IMG/VR virus record: IMGVR_UViG_3300026078_000017
Span: 248,001 to 312,000 of that record
DNA length: 64,000 nt
Direction: 5' to 3' (one strand)
Shown in pieces: positions 8,728-16,947 of the stretch. Position 1 is the stretch's first letter. Each line of letters opens with the position of its first letter. Both the position numbers and the translations under genes were made by a program. The notes under the pieces are model-generated. The model made no database searches, had not been told where the DNA came from, and worked only from the letters and a program-made list of their open reading frames with translations.

Positions 8728-9065
8728 TAAATCACCAAAACACCAGCATGAATCTCACCGTGACAATTAGAGCATACCAAAACGCACTTGTCAAGCTCTT
8801 CTTTTACTCGTTTCCACGACAGAGCCCAATTGCCGCTTATTTGAAATTCCTTGGTTGAGGGATCGAGATGATGAAAATGTAATGACTGTTTACATTTACT
8901 ATACCCGCAAACAATACATGAATCACCTTTGTAAGCGAAGCACTGTCGTGCTCTTTCTTTACGCCTGGCGTTGACAAGACAGGTATTACACTGCGTTTTG
9001 GTATGGCCTGCTTTTTTACTATAGCTATATGTGCGAGTGCATTGTGAACATTGATTCATGTTCAC
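8727..9065 (-). CDS. HNH homing endonuclease
   Basis: CxxC pairs, LHFHHLDP..K...KCVLVCSNCHGEIH. Confidence 0.9.
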   Translation of the reverse strand: MNMNQCSQCTRTYSYSKKAGHTKTQCNTCLVNARRKERARQCFAYKGDSCIVCGYSKCKQSLHFHHLDPSTKEFQISGNWALSWKRVKEELDKCVLVCSNCHGEIHAGVLVI

Positions 9066-9075
9066 AATTTAGATG

Positions 9076-9119
9076 AAGGCTAGAGCAATGTCTCACTCTG
9101 CCAACTGAGCTAACGCCTC
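9076..9119 (-). pseudogene. 5' tRNA fragment
   Basis: GAGGCGT-TAGCTCAGTTGGCAGAG acceptor strand and D-arm; no T-arm follows. Confidence 0.5.
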
Positions 9120-9134
9120 GAAAGAAGTTAAGTT

Positions 9135-9240
9135 AAGACACGTGGCAGTTTTGATTACCCAGGTACTGCCAGACCTTTTTGACAAAGTGGCTCACAGGGG
9201 ACACATTCCCACGACAAGTTATGTTGTCGTCCACCCGTCC
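9135..9240 (-). ncRNA. putative structured ncRNA / tRNA-operon leader
   Basis: Downstream of promoter 9245-9272; hairpins ACGACAA/TTGTCGT and TGGCAGT/ACTGCCA. Confidence 0.35.
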
Positions 9241-9260
9241 ATCTACTTTAGCAGAAAGAA

Positions 9261-9320
9261 GTGATGAAGCAAGTAGGAAGGGACGCAGCCTGGTGCTTGC
9301 CAACCTACTCGCCTCATCAC
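9261..9320 (-). ncRNA. putative ~60 nt hairpin RNA
   Basis: 17-bp stem GTGATGAGGCGAGTAGG/CCTACTTGCTTCATCAC just after promoter 9328-9355. Confidence 0.45.
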
Positions 9321-9434
9321 AAAGAACACTTTATCACAAAACCCTAAAGGGTCAAGAGAAAAGATTGGCTGTTTATCCTCCCCGCAGCCAAGGATCACGG
9401 GACACTTTCGTATCAACCGTGAGGAGTCTTTGTG

Positions 9435-9620
9435 TCAGATCGACTCGATGAAAAGCTCGATCTGATTCTGTTGTCCGGGCGTTGCCCCTGGAACTTCTGG
9501 CATCACACGACCATGCGTGTGATGCTCGCATGCTGCCGCAACCCATGCGCGACGTTCTGCGGTGTTCGGAATGAGACTGCGAAGGAAGGTCAGACCGGGG
9601 TGAACCGTTTCGTTTTCCAT
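9435..9620 (-). CDS. hypothetical protein
   Basis: Own promoter at ~9627-9654. Confidence 0.6.
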   Translation of the reverse strand: MENETVHPGLTFLRSLIPNTAERRAWVAAACEHHTHGRVMPEVPGATPGQQNQIELFIESI

Positions 9621-9665
9621 TTGAATATCCTAGCAGGCTGAAGGATTTTGTCAAGAAGATTTGTT

Positions 9666-9790
9666 GTTGTTGGCTTGAACCGGCGCACACAAGGCAAGAC
9701 AAGAGTTTCACGTGTCACTCGCTCCCACGAGTAAAAACGCTAGGCTTCTGTCAGGGGAGATCCCCATATGCGCCCATTCAAACCAACAAC
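9666..9790 (-). ncRNA. putative ~125 nt structured ncRNA
   Basis: ~25-bp closing stem with G-U pairs on minus strand; promoter TTGACA(9825-9820)..TGCTAAAGT. Confidence 0.55.
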
Positions 9791-9976
9791 ACTCTAGACT
9801 TTAGCACCAACTTAGTTTCTGTCAAGACCTTTGTGACCTTACAACCCCGATTTATTCCTCGCACCCAAACACATTAAAGGCATTTGACATATTCGTCTGT
9901 CATAGCCCAACGTGTTGTCGGGACCATACGAGGCAGAATCTCAGGTCACAAAAAGAAGCATAGCAGAGTTTGAGGC

Positions 9977-10393
9977 TTATGCAACGTCTCTTTGAAAATC
10001 TGTCGAGCTTGCCTCAAGCATGCTAGGAATATTCAGGTGGACATTGTGCGGGAATCTGATACCAAGACGACCCGTAACCGGACAAGGGAAGATAATCCCA
10101 GATTGCCACATCACGAGCATTTCTTCAAGAAGTTCTGTCAGAATGGCACTGGACGCTTTTCGCATGCCAAACTTGAGTGGACACCTTGACACAATATCCG
10201 CGATGATCGGGTCAAAGTGCCATTTCGCGACAGTGGGAGAAATCCAGTCGTCAGTTTCGTACTCGACTTCAGTGGACCTGTCGCCTTTCAGTCTCACGAC
10301 AAAATGGACCAAATGACCATAAAGTCGGATACAGGGACGCACAGTAACATCAGACTCACACAGGGATTCAGAGAGAGACAGGAAAGTATTCAT
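9977..10393 (-). CDS. hypothetical protein
   Basis: 138 aa ORF with GGAG RBS. Confidence 0.6.
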   Translation of the reverse strand: MNTFLSLSESLCESDVTVRPCIRLYGHLVHFVVRLKGDRSTEVEYETDDWISPTVAKWHFDPIIADIVSRCPLKFGMRKASSAILTELLEEMLVMWQSGIIFPCPVTGRLGIRFPHNVHLNIPSMLEASSTDFQRDVA

Positions 10394-10540
10394 GTCTCCG
10401 GGCTATGCACTCACCTTGCCAAGTAAACCCCAGGGGAAAACCCTAGTGATTTCGCGGGCTGTTCTAAAATGCCTTGTGGCTCATGCCGTACACGTGGGAC
10501 AAAGGGTGTGCCACGCAGAATTTTGCCCCGTGGGGATAAG

Positions 10541-10566
10541 GAGACGGCACGTTATTGCGCCGTCTC
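10541..10566 (-). terminator. hairpin terminator
   Basis: GAGACGGC...GCCGTCTC. Confidence 0.5.
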
Positions 10567-10603
10567 TATAATGCCTCAGAGGTGACTTCTGTATTCTTAC
10601 ACC

Positions 10604-10822
10604 CTACGACGTAAGCATGTCCGTCAAACGCTTCACAAGCTCTTGCGCTTCCGCAGGAGTGAGCGTAAGAACGTTTGCACGGGGCGCGTGCTCCATGAGA
10701 AGCGTGACGTCGATGGTGTCCGCACGGCGAGAAAAAACAACAGAGTCCTCGCCCATGTCGACTTCCGTGATTTCCGTCTTGCCCGTGTAGTCGTTGACAG
10801 TCGTTCGTACGTGAAAGCTCAT
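10604..10822 (-). CDS. hypothetical protein
   Basis: Own promoter, purine-rich leader, GC-rich codons. Confidence 0.75.
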   Translation of the reverse strand: MSFHVRTTVNDYTGKTEITEVDMGEDSVVFSRRADTIDVTLLMEHAPRANVLTLTPAEAQELVKRLTDMLTS

Positions 10823-10956
10823 ATCGTGGCTCTCTTTCTCAGTTACCTAATAATAGCACCTAACCTGAGGCATGCAAGTACTATTTTGACAAAAGAAAAT
10901 CGGGCACGGAAACCCAAAGGTCTCACATGTCCGATTGCGGCGCCTAGAAGGCTGTG

Positions 10957-11271
10957 TCAGTCATCGAAGTCGGAAAAGCTACCGTAGTCCTCGTCCGTTC
11001 CGAAACCGCAGGAAGCGAGCGCAGACTCCGCATCGCCATCCATGTCCTCACCGTAAAGGTAATCCTCGATTTCCCCTTCGGCCTCGATTTCCTCACGCTC
11101 ACGACGATTCTCTTCCTCATACGCCTCATCGAAGGCAATCTCGATGGACTGCTCGAAATGATGCGTCACGCTATTTGCGGTGGAATCCGCCTCACGCCAG
11201 GCATCGGCGTCAAGCTCAAGTGCCCGAAGATACGTGGAATGGCAGCACTGAATGGTGTGATTCTCGTTCAT
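10957..11271 (-). CDS. highly acidic hypothetical protein
   Basis: D/E-rich, C-terminal MDGDAESALASCGFGTDEDYG; own promoter. Confidence 0.8.
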   Translation of the reverse strand: MNENHTIQCCHSTYLRALELDADAWREADSTANSVTHHFEQSIEIAFDEAYEEENRREREEIEAEGEIEDYLYGEDMDGDAESALASCGFGTDEDYGSFSDFDD

Positions 11272-11359
11272 GGCATATTCTCCGTTGTTGAAGTGCCCTG
11301 CTGACAAAGAACATAATAGCAGAATGGGGTTGTCGTGCAACCCCTATTTTGCCAGATTT

Positions 11360-11599
11360 CTACCGAGCGAGTTTCTTGGCGAATGCCTTACGAGCACGCT
11401 TGTGGGCATCACGATCCGGCTTTGACATTCCGGCTTCCATACGATACCACTCGTGGACACTAAGACACTCGATCGGAACGATGATCTCGCCCCACAAGGG
11501 CGCACACAGTCCACAGTTGTCGATGTTCGGATTCGAGTGTGCCTCACCGGGACACTTGACCGCGTGATACCTGACAGCCTTCGTGGTCGACTTCGTCAT
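11360..11599 (-). CDS. hypothetical Cys/His-containing protein
   Basis: KCPGEAH...NCGLC; own promoter. Confidence 0.75.
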   Translation of the reverse strand: MTKSTTKAVRYHAVKCPGEAHSNPNIDNCGLCAPLWGEIIVPIECLSVHEWYRMEAGMSKPDRDAHKRARKAFAKKLAR

Positions 11600-11655
11600 G
11601 GCGTCCGTCCTTTGTTATGAGGATACTATAGCAAAATAGAAGACACGTGCAAGGA

Positions 11656-11880
11656 TTATTTTTCGGGAAACCACGCCTGAGTGTATCCGCCACAGTCATA
11701 CTCAAAGCTCGACACGCGCTTTCCTTCGTCGAAGCTTGCCAAGATCACACGATCGCCTGAATAAGTCGTCTGTGACAGTTTGCAAGCCTGTAGGTGTGCA
11801 GCTTGACGATCCGTGAAAACCGAAACCGTCGAAAGACCCTCGTAAGGAACATTGACTGCAACCATGTGTGCAAGTGCCAT
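11656..11880 (-). CDS. hypothetical protein
   Basis: Own promoter and RBS. Confidence 0.7.
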   Translation of the reverse strand: MALAHMVAVNVPYEGLSTVSVFTDRQAAHLQACKLSQTTYSGDRVILASFDEGKRVSSFEYDCGGYTQAWFPEK

Positions 11881-11938
11881 TTCGTCATCCGCCTTTCGAT
11901 AGATTCAATATAGCAAAAACCGAGAGTATGTGCAAGAA

Positions 11939-12100
11939 TTATTTTTCCTGCACCCGGAGTTTGTTTAGTGCGGCAAAAAACGCCACTAAGGACTCGGCAA
12001 TACACCGATTGATTGCCTTTGCGTCACCTGGACCAAAGGTGTATCCGCCAGCGGACAAAATCCGCTGTAACTTTCGGTAGTTATTTGGTCGTTTTGTCAC
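11939..12100 (-). CDS. hypothetical protein
   Basis: Hand-translated 53 aa GTG-start ORF after TGCTATTCT box. Confidence 0.45.
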   Translation of the reverse strand: MTKRPNNYRKLQRILSAGGYTFGPGDAKAINRCIAESLVAFFAALNKLRVQEK

Positions 12101-12112
12101 CTTTACAGAATA

Positions 12113-12146
12113 GCAAAACCCACTTGACTTTCAAGTGGGTTTTGCC
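12113..12146 (-). terminator. perfect hairpin terminator
   Basis: GCAAAACCCACTTGA..TCAAGTGGGTTTTGC. Confidence 0.6.
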
Positions 12147-12155
12147 AGAATGTTA

Positions 12156-12365
12156 TCAGTGGATTTCGATGCCCACACCGTAAGGCGTGAACGTTCCGCC
12201 ATCGGCGAGCTTGACGGGCCGAAGAGAAACCTGACCCGTGATCAGGTTCGTGATCTTCGCAGGAAACATGCCACGAAGGTCGGGCTTGTTGTCGAGGATC
12301 TTGACCTCACGGGTCCCACAAGCGAAAAAGAACGACCGACCAATGTTGAAATTGACGATGGACAT
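12156..12365 (-). CDS. hypothetical protein
   Basis: MSIVNFNIG start, own promoter. Confidence 0.7.
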   Translation of the reverse strand: MSIVNFNIGRSFFFACGTREVKILDNKPDLRGMFPAKITNLITGQVSLRPVKLADGGTFTPYGVGIEIH

Positions 12366-12415
12366 TTTCGACACCCTCACTTTCTGAATATAGTCTAGCA
12401 GGGTTTTGGTAAAGG

Positions 12416-12571
12416 TCAATGCAAAACGTTGGACAGAAGGGTAATCACACCCACGAACGCCAGCCAAGCAACCAAAACCCATCCAGCCGTCACGGTTGAG
12501 CCCGTGATCAAGAATGCAGCGAGGGTGAACAGAAACGCGAGAACGAAGGGGAGAGGATTCATGTTCTGCAT
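12416..12571 (-). CDS. small membrane protein
   Basis: Hand-translated 51 aa with two hydrophobic segments; stop lies within TTGACC. Confidence 0.55.
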   Translation of the reverse strand: MQNMNPLPFVLAFLFTLAAFLITGSTVTAGWVLVAWLAFVGVITLLSNVLH

Positions 12572-12595
12572 GATGATTTCTTTCTATGTTGGAGT

Positions 12596-12820
12596 CTAGC
12601 AGGATTCGGGTAAAAGTCGACCCAAATGCAGCAAAGGGTCAAAAAAACCTGAATCGGACATGAGTTGAAAGAAAAAGAACGACTGAGGCGTTTGGGTTCC
12701 AACAAATGTACTTGAACCACGACACCAAATTTCACCAACATATGAATTCCACGTCAGATATTCTTGCTCTGACAAGTCAAACTCATATGCCTCTGACACC
12801 TCAGGAAGTTCGATTCTCAT
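12596..12820 (-). CDS. hypothetical protein
   Basis: Follows promoter TTGCTT..TGCTAAGGT. Confidence 0.6.
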   Translation of the reverse strand: MRIELPEVSEAYEFDLSEQEYLTWNSYVGEIWCRGSSTFVGTQTPQSFFFFQLMSDSGFFDPLLHLGRLLPESC

Positions 12821-12858
12821 CGTAAGAAACCTTAGCACAGGTTTCATTGGAAGCAAGA

Positions 12859-13122
12859 TTACTTCTTCTCACCGTATTTCTTTTCGTAGTTTCGCACGTA
12901 TTCGGTCATGCTAGGACTGAGCAAGTCACAATCAGCCAGAAAGGTCAGACACCCTTCGTACTGTGTCAACTTGTCGCTGTCAAGCGTGCACTTGAATCGT
13001 GCATCCTCATGATTGCCACGGCGCAAGTGTGTCACAGCTTGCCTAAGCACTTCCGTGCCACGACCGTTGTTGACAGTACGATTGTAGGCTTCTACCTTAT
13101 CGGCCAGTTCATCGTTTGTCAT
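12859..13122 (-). CDS. hypothetical protein
   Basis: Follows promoter TTGCAT..TGGTAAGAT. Confidence 0.7.
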   Translation of the reverse strand: MTNDELADKVEAYNRTVNNGRGTEVLRQAVTHLRRGNHEDARFKCTLDSDKLTQYEGCLTFLADCDLLSPSMTEYVRNYEKKYGEKK

Positions 13123-13160
13123 GTGCTTATCTTACCAGGCTTTTGACAGAATGCAAGCCC

Positions 13161-13535
13161 TTACTTCTGAGATTCGTTGTAGGTTTGCCGAAGTAGGTGC
13201 TTTGCGTAATTTACACTACTCCGCAGAGAAGTTACCCACGTTGCACCGCATTTTCCTTCCATCTTGACTATGAATTCATGGTCATCCACGATATCACGAA
13301 GGAGTTGACGCATTGTGTCAAGCTCTTTCTTGAGCTTGACGATTTCGGTTTCTTCCTGTACGACTGGAGCGGTGTATTCCACTTCGGTCATCACGATCGA
13401 CAACCCTGCATCGGACGCCAGCGCCCAGAAACACCGTGCTTCATCCGAGAAAATCCACTGTTGAGCATCGGGCTCGATGAAAAACGAAGCGATCTCACGT
13501 CCAGTGGCAATGTCTTTGACAACGGCGATTTCCAT
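13161..13535 (-). CDS. hypothetical protein with coiled coil
   Basis: MEIAVVKD start, AAGGA RBS, own promoter. Confidence 0.7.
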   Translation of the reverse strand: MEIAVVKDIATGREIASFFIEPDAQQWIFSDEARCFWALASDAGLSIVMTEVEYTAPVVQEETEIVKLKKELDTMRQLLRDIVDDHEFIVKMEGKCGATWVTSLRSSVNYAKHLLRQTYNESQK

Positions 13536-13603
13536 TGTGTCCGTCCTTTGAATATAAAGAAAGCTTATCACGATTTTTCTGTCGTGCAAGCTTTCTTTTT
13601 GTA

Positions 13604-13694
13604 TGGTTGATTTCTGGAATCGAACCAGATCCGTTCCTGCGGTATGCCGGAACATGCTCCCTCTAGGACTTCCGCCCCTTACAACAAATCAACC
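13604..13694 (-). ncRNA. tRNA-like RNA with non-canonical D and anticodon arms
   Basis: Acceptor GGTTGATT/AATCAACC; perfect T-arm TCTGG-TTCGATT-CCAGA; GTTCC/GGAAC arm with 11-nt loop. Confidence 0.6.
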
Positions 13695-13711
13695 GTGACC
13701 CTAGGAACCTC

Positions 13712-13969
13712 TCAGAACGACTTTTCGATCGTCCAACCTGCCGACTTGAGGGTGATCTCGAAAGCCCGCAGAATCGAATTCTGGTGGCGCGTGGTGGTAC
13801 GCGAGCGCGTCTGACCAAAGAACCGAATCGACTTCTTGACACGATCGACGATCGCGATGTTCATGTCGTAGGAGTGAACGTGATCGCCCTTCATCGTCAG
13901 TGCGCCACTGACGCAACCAAGGCCAGTGTTGCAGAAATCGACGAATTCGGAGTCGCGATACTTTGCCAT
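13712..13969 (-). CDS. conserved phage hypothetical protein (SY...S-x-TT-x-H-Q type)
   Basis: HSYDMNIA...SRTTTRHQN; strong AAAGAAAGAGGATA leader. Confidence 0.75.
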   Translation of the reverse strand: MAKYRDSEFVDFCNTGLGCVSGALTMKGDHVHSYDMNIAIVDRVKKSIRFFGQTRSRTTTRHQNSILRAFEITLKSAGWTIEKSF

Positions 13970-14140
13970 TTCGATATCCTCTTTCTTTTCCGTGTCAGTC
14001 AGTGGATAGATATACTTTACCAGAAACCAAGTCAGAGTCAAGAACGATTTTGCTTTTTCTCGTGTTCCTGACGCATGGCAAGGATTTCCGACAGAGATCC
14101 GATTTTGTACTGAATCCCTGGGAAAATGCAAGAACCAAAT

Positions 14141-14335
14141 TCAGCGATTGACCATCGCATTGGCGAATTCCGTACCATCCATGCGGATCTCACGCTTGCA
14201 CGCGAGCCGTGAGACTCGACGCTTCATACGGGAATTCATGACCTTTGCCTGCTTGAGCGTGCCATGACGGCAGCACGAGCACTTGAAGCCACCAGGACCA
14301 CGATTGCACTTCTTGGCGGTGTCTCGGATATCCAT
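14141..14335 (-). CDS. small basic Cys-containing protein
   Basis: GPGGFKCSCC, K/R-rich; own promoter. Confidence 0.7.
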   Translation of the reverse strand: MDIRDTAKKCNRGPGGFKCSCCRHGTLKQAKVMNSRMKRRVSRLACKREIRMDGTEFANAMVNR

Positions 14336-14378
14336 GTTCTCAACCTCTGAATCTATATTAGCAGAATCAGGTAACCCG

Positions 14379-14576
14379 TCAACCGTTCTTTTTGGGATTC
14401 GGCAACCTGAGTACTTGCTTATAACCATCGCACGGACAGTGGGCACACGGACACTTTTCGTTGAAAGTGAAGTGATTACTACGTGGGTGCCCACACTCAC
14501 ACCCAACAATTCCAAGCATTTCCGCTTGTTCTTGGGTGAGATCGACTCGAATCTTTTTGCTCTTTTTCGTAGCCAT
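14379..14576 (-). CDS. small putative zinc-binding protein
   Basis: CECGH...H...CPCAHCPC. Confidence 0.7.
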   Translation of the reverse strand: MATKKSKKIRVDLTQEQAEMLGIVGCECGHPRSNHFTFNEKCPCAHCPCDGYKQVLRLPNPKKNG

Positions 14577-14578
14577 GG

Positions 14579-14974
14579 TCAATTCCCCACATGACCGCAA
14601 AAGGTCACGTCGTCATGGTTCGGTTGACACACAGCATAGCAGCGTCCAGCGGGGTCAAACTGACTCGAAAAGTCACAAACTCCATCGCTGGTGTCGCCAA
14701 AAAGACACGACTCGCACGCAACGAAGTGATTGATTTCGATATCTTCCATGCAGAAGTGTGCAGCATTGACCGGCGAAGCGTAGGTAAGACCCACACAAGC
14801 CTGCTCACACGTACGACCATTCGACGGATAACCGGCAATGTGGCAGTCGGTCTGCATGCGCTGACAGTCCGACACGCAAGCTTCCATGGCAGTCTCGTCC
14901 GTGTAGGTCATCGCCACCGGCGCGCTACAACCAACAACCGTCGCGAGCATCACGAGCGAAAATAGAGTCTTCAT
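14579..14974 (-). CDS. Cys-rich lipoprotein
   Basis: Signal peptide with VVG-C lipobox, many Cys; own promoter. Confidence 0.75.
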   Translation of the reverse strand: MKTLFSLVMLATVVGCSAPVAMTYTDETAMEACVSDCQRMQTDCHIAGYPSNGRTCEQACVGLTYASPVNAAHFCMEDIEINHFVACESCLFGDTSDGVCDFSSQFDPAGRCYAVCQPNHDDVTFCGHVGN

Positions 14975-15034
14975 ATTGGCATCACTCACTTTCTGAGTAT
15001 ATCTTAGCGGAAAATCTCGATCTGTCAAACTGAT

Positions 15035-15442
15035 TTATAGCCAGTCGTGACAATTGAGCGTTTGCGCCTGAGAGACAACACTTGGGCAATGTTCCAAGGC
15101 ATATGCCTGTAGTGCACTGTCGATTTGCGACACTGAGGCATCCTCGCACGAATTGTAGGACGAGAAGAAGCCTTCCACACACAGAATTTCGTCTTGTGAC
15201 AAGTCGACACACCCTGGAATTGCCGCATTGGCTACCGCAGTATCGTGACACTTCGTGCGATCTGCCTCGGTCGTCTCGTAACCGGGCATGGTGCAAGCAA
15301 ACACAACGTCAAGCATGTTGACGCAATCGGTCGTCAGAAGCGTGTCAGGCGCCAGCAATGGCGTACTACCAGGCGCACTTGCGCAACCGCTCGCCATCGC
15401 CACACCAACCGTCAGAAGAAATGCCATCGTGATTTTCGTCAT
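15035..15442 (-). CDS. Cys-rich lipoprotein
   Basis: Signal peptide with ASG-C lipobox, regularly spaced Cys; own promoter. Confidence 0.75.
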   Translation of the reverse strand: MTKITMAFLLTVGVAMASGCASAPGSTPLLAPDTLLTTDCVNMLDVVFACTMPGYETTEADRTKCHDTAVANAAIPGCVDLSQDEILCVEGFFSSYNSCEDASVSQIDSALQAYALEHCPSVVSQAQTLNCHDWL

Positions 15443-15495
15443 GTCGCTAACCTCAGAAGACAATATAGCAGGGTGAAGGGATCGTGCAAGGGATT

Positions 15496-15639
15496 TTAGG
15501 TAGAAAGCTTCTCTTTGTACTTTTCCAGGGCTTGCAGGAATGCCGACCCGTATCCATGACGAGCGCAAGCGCTCGAAAAGTCTCGCCCCTGGATTTCGTT
15601 GGTTGTGCCATCGAACCAAAACAGGATGAAAGTGCGCAT
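15496..15639 (-). CDS. hypothetical protein
   Basis: MRTFILFWFDG, own promoter. Confidence 0.65.
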   Translation of the reverse strand: MRTFILFWFDGTTNEIQGRDFSSACARHGYGSAFLQALEKYKEKLST

Positions 15640-15662
15640 GGTGTCGTTTCTCCCTTTGGAAT

Positions 15663-15968
15663 AACTAGCAGGAAAATACTTGCGTGCAACCTGCAATATG
15701 GCTTGCGGGGTTTTAGGTTTCTGCTATTATGATCTTACTCCAGAAGGAGGGGAGAATGAGGGATGGGAATTTTCAGGTTGGCACGGTTAGTGCTATCGCA
15801 ATCCCTAGACCATCGTACCAAACTCACTTGGCATAAAACTTTCCCAAAAAGATTTCTTGCTTCTGACGTCAAGCCTGCTAAAGTGTTGATTGTTGAAGGC
15901 GAGACGAAAGAGACGAGAAAAGAGACTCAAAAAAATCTCTTGACGAAGTTTCCGAGTCTGCTAAAGTA
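15663..15968. promoter_or_regulatory. divergence point with clustered promoters
   Basis: One leftward and at least three rightward TTG..TGCTA promoters in an ORF-poor interval. Confidence 0.6.
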
Positions 15969-16005
15969 ACCAAGTCCCAAACGAGAAAAGAAAGAGGATA
16001 TCAAT

Positions 16006-16557
16006 ATGACGAACGGAATCAAGGTCACGCGCAATGTCACGGGCTCGGTCGATGGCGCGCTTGTGCGTCTTTCCAAGGATGGCGAGATCGCCACGGTGCT
16101 CGTGCGTGACACGGGGCTTTTGGAGCGTGTGCCTGCCGCGACGCTCACGCCTGCGAAGGGTCGTCCGATCAAGCTCATTCGCGGTCTTTGCCGTGCGGAC
16201 GTGAACGAGCTTATCCGTGACGACGACGATTTCTGTCAGGACGCAATCGGCGAGCTTTTCGGTCGTCAGGCGTACGACGAGCGCGATGCGAAGGCGACCT
16301 ATCACGACAACGACGTGGGTTTCCGTGCGGACGATGCTCGCCGTGGTTCGATGCTCGCGGTCAAGTCGGCTTGTGCGTGGGGCGCGGAAGAGTACGCGAT
16401 GGCGCGTGGCATCCTTCGCAGCTACAGCGGAACGCAGCTTTTCGATATCGCTGCCGAGCGTCTTTCGGAGCGTGAGATCATCGAGGCGACGTCCAGCACG
16501 GAAACGCAGCGCTGTGTTTCGGAAGTGCTCGCCGACCTTCTGTCGATGGCGGCTTGA
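16006..16557 (+). CDS. hypothetical protein, N-terminal SH3-like KGRP domain
   Basis: Strong leader; N-terminus similar to 36179..36457. Confidence 0.8.
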   Translation: MTNGIKVTRNVTGSVDGALVRLSKDGEIATVLVRDTGLLERVPAATLTPAKGRPIKLIRGLCRADVNELIRDDDDFCQDAIGELFGRQAYDERDAKATYHDNDVGFRADDARRGSMLAVKSACAWGAEEYAMARGILRSYSGTQLFDIAAERLSEREIIEATSSTETQRCVSEVLADLLSMAA

Positions 16558-16571
16558 TTCTCTGACGAAAT

Positions 16572-16603
16572 GGGAAGGGCGGTTTATGTCGCCCTTCCTT
16601 TTT
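16572..16603 (+). terminator. intrinsic terminator
   Basis: GGAAGGGCG...CGCCCTTCC-TTTTT. Confidence 0.75.
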
Positions 16604-16641
16604 GTTTGACTTGTTCTCAAAACGTGGTAAAGTGTAGTGCT

Positions 16642-16920
16642 ATGTCCTCTCACACAATTTATCGCGAACCTTTTCGTCCGGTTGTGAAACCGGAAACCAT
16701 TTTGATCGTTCGACGTGAACTTGCGTTGTCGATCACGGGAATGGGTCAATACACGGTCGTAAATGGCTTCAAAGGTCCGGATGCACGGGTCAAGGCCAGT
16801 AAATGGCTCGGTGACTTTCTGCGAACCTTGCCCAAGTCATATTCGGCAACTTACATGGTTTGGACCTTGGAAGAGTACGAAACCCACACCGGGCGGAAAT
16901 GGGTTTGGCTTACCTTCTGA
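16642..16920 (+). CDS. hypothetical protein
   Basis: Follows promoter TTGACT..TGGTAAAGT. Confidence 0.7.
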   Translation: MSSHTIYREPFRPVVKPETILIVRRELALSITGMGQYTVVNGFKGPDARVKASKWLGDFLRTLPKSYSATYMVWTLEEYETHTGRKWVWLTF

Positions 16921-16947
16921 CCCCTACCTCCTAGGAGGATCTACAAC

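Noticed and set aside
15961-16749. 262 aa minus-strand ORF (also 7952..8545, 24166..24750, 52492..53391, 57149..57760)
   Set aside because: Antisense shadows of GC-rich genes that have promoters, RBSs and recognisable motifs.
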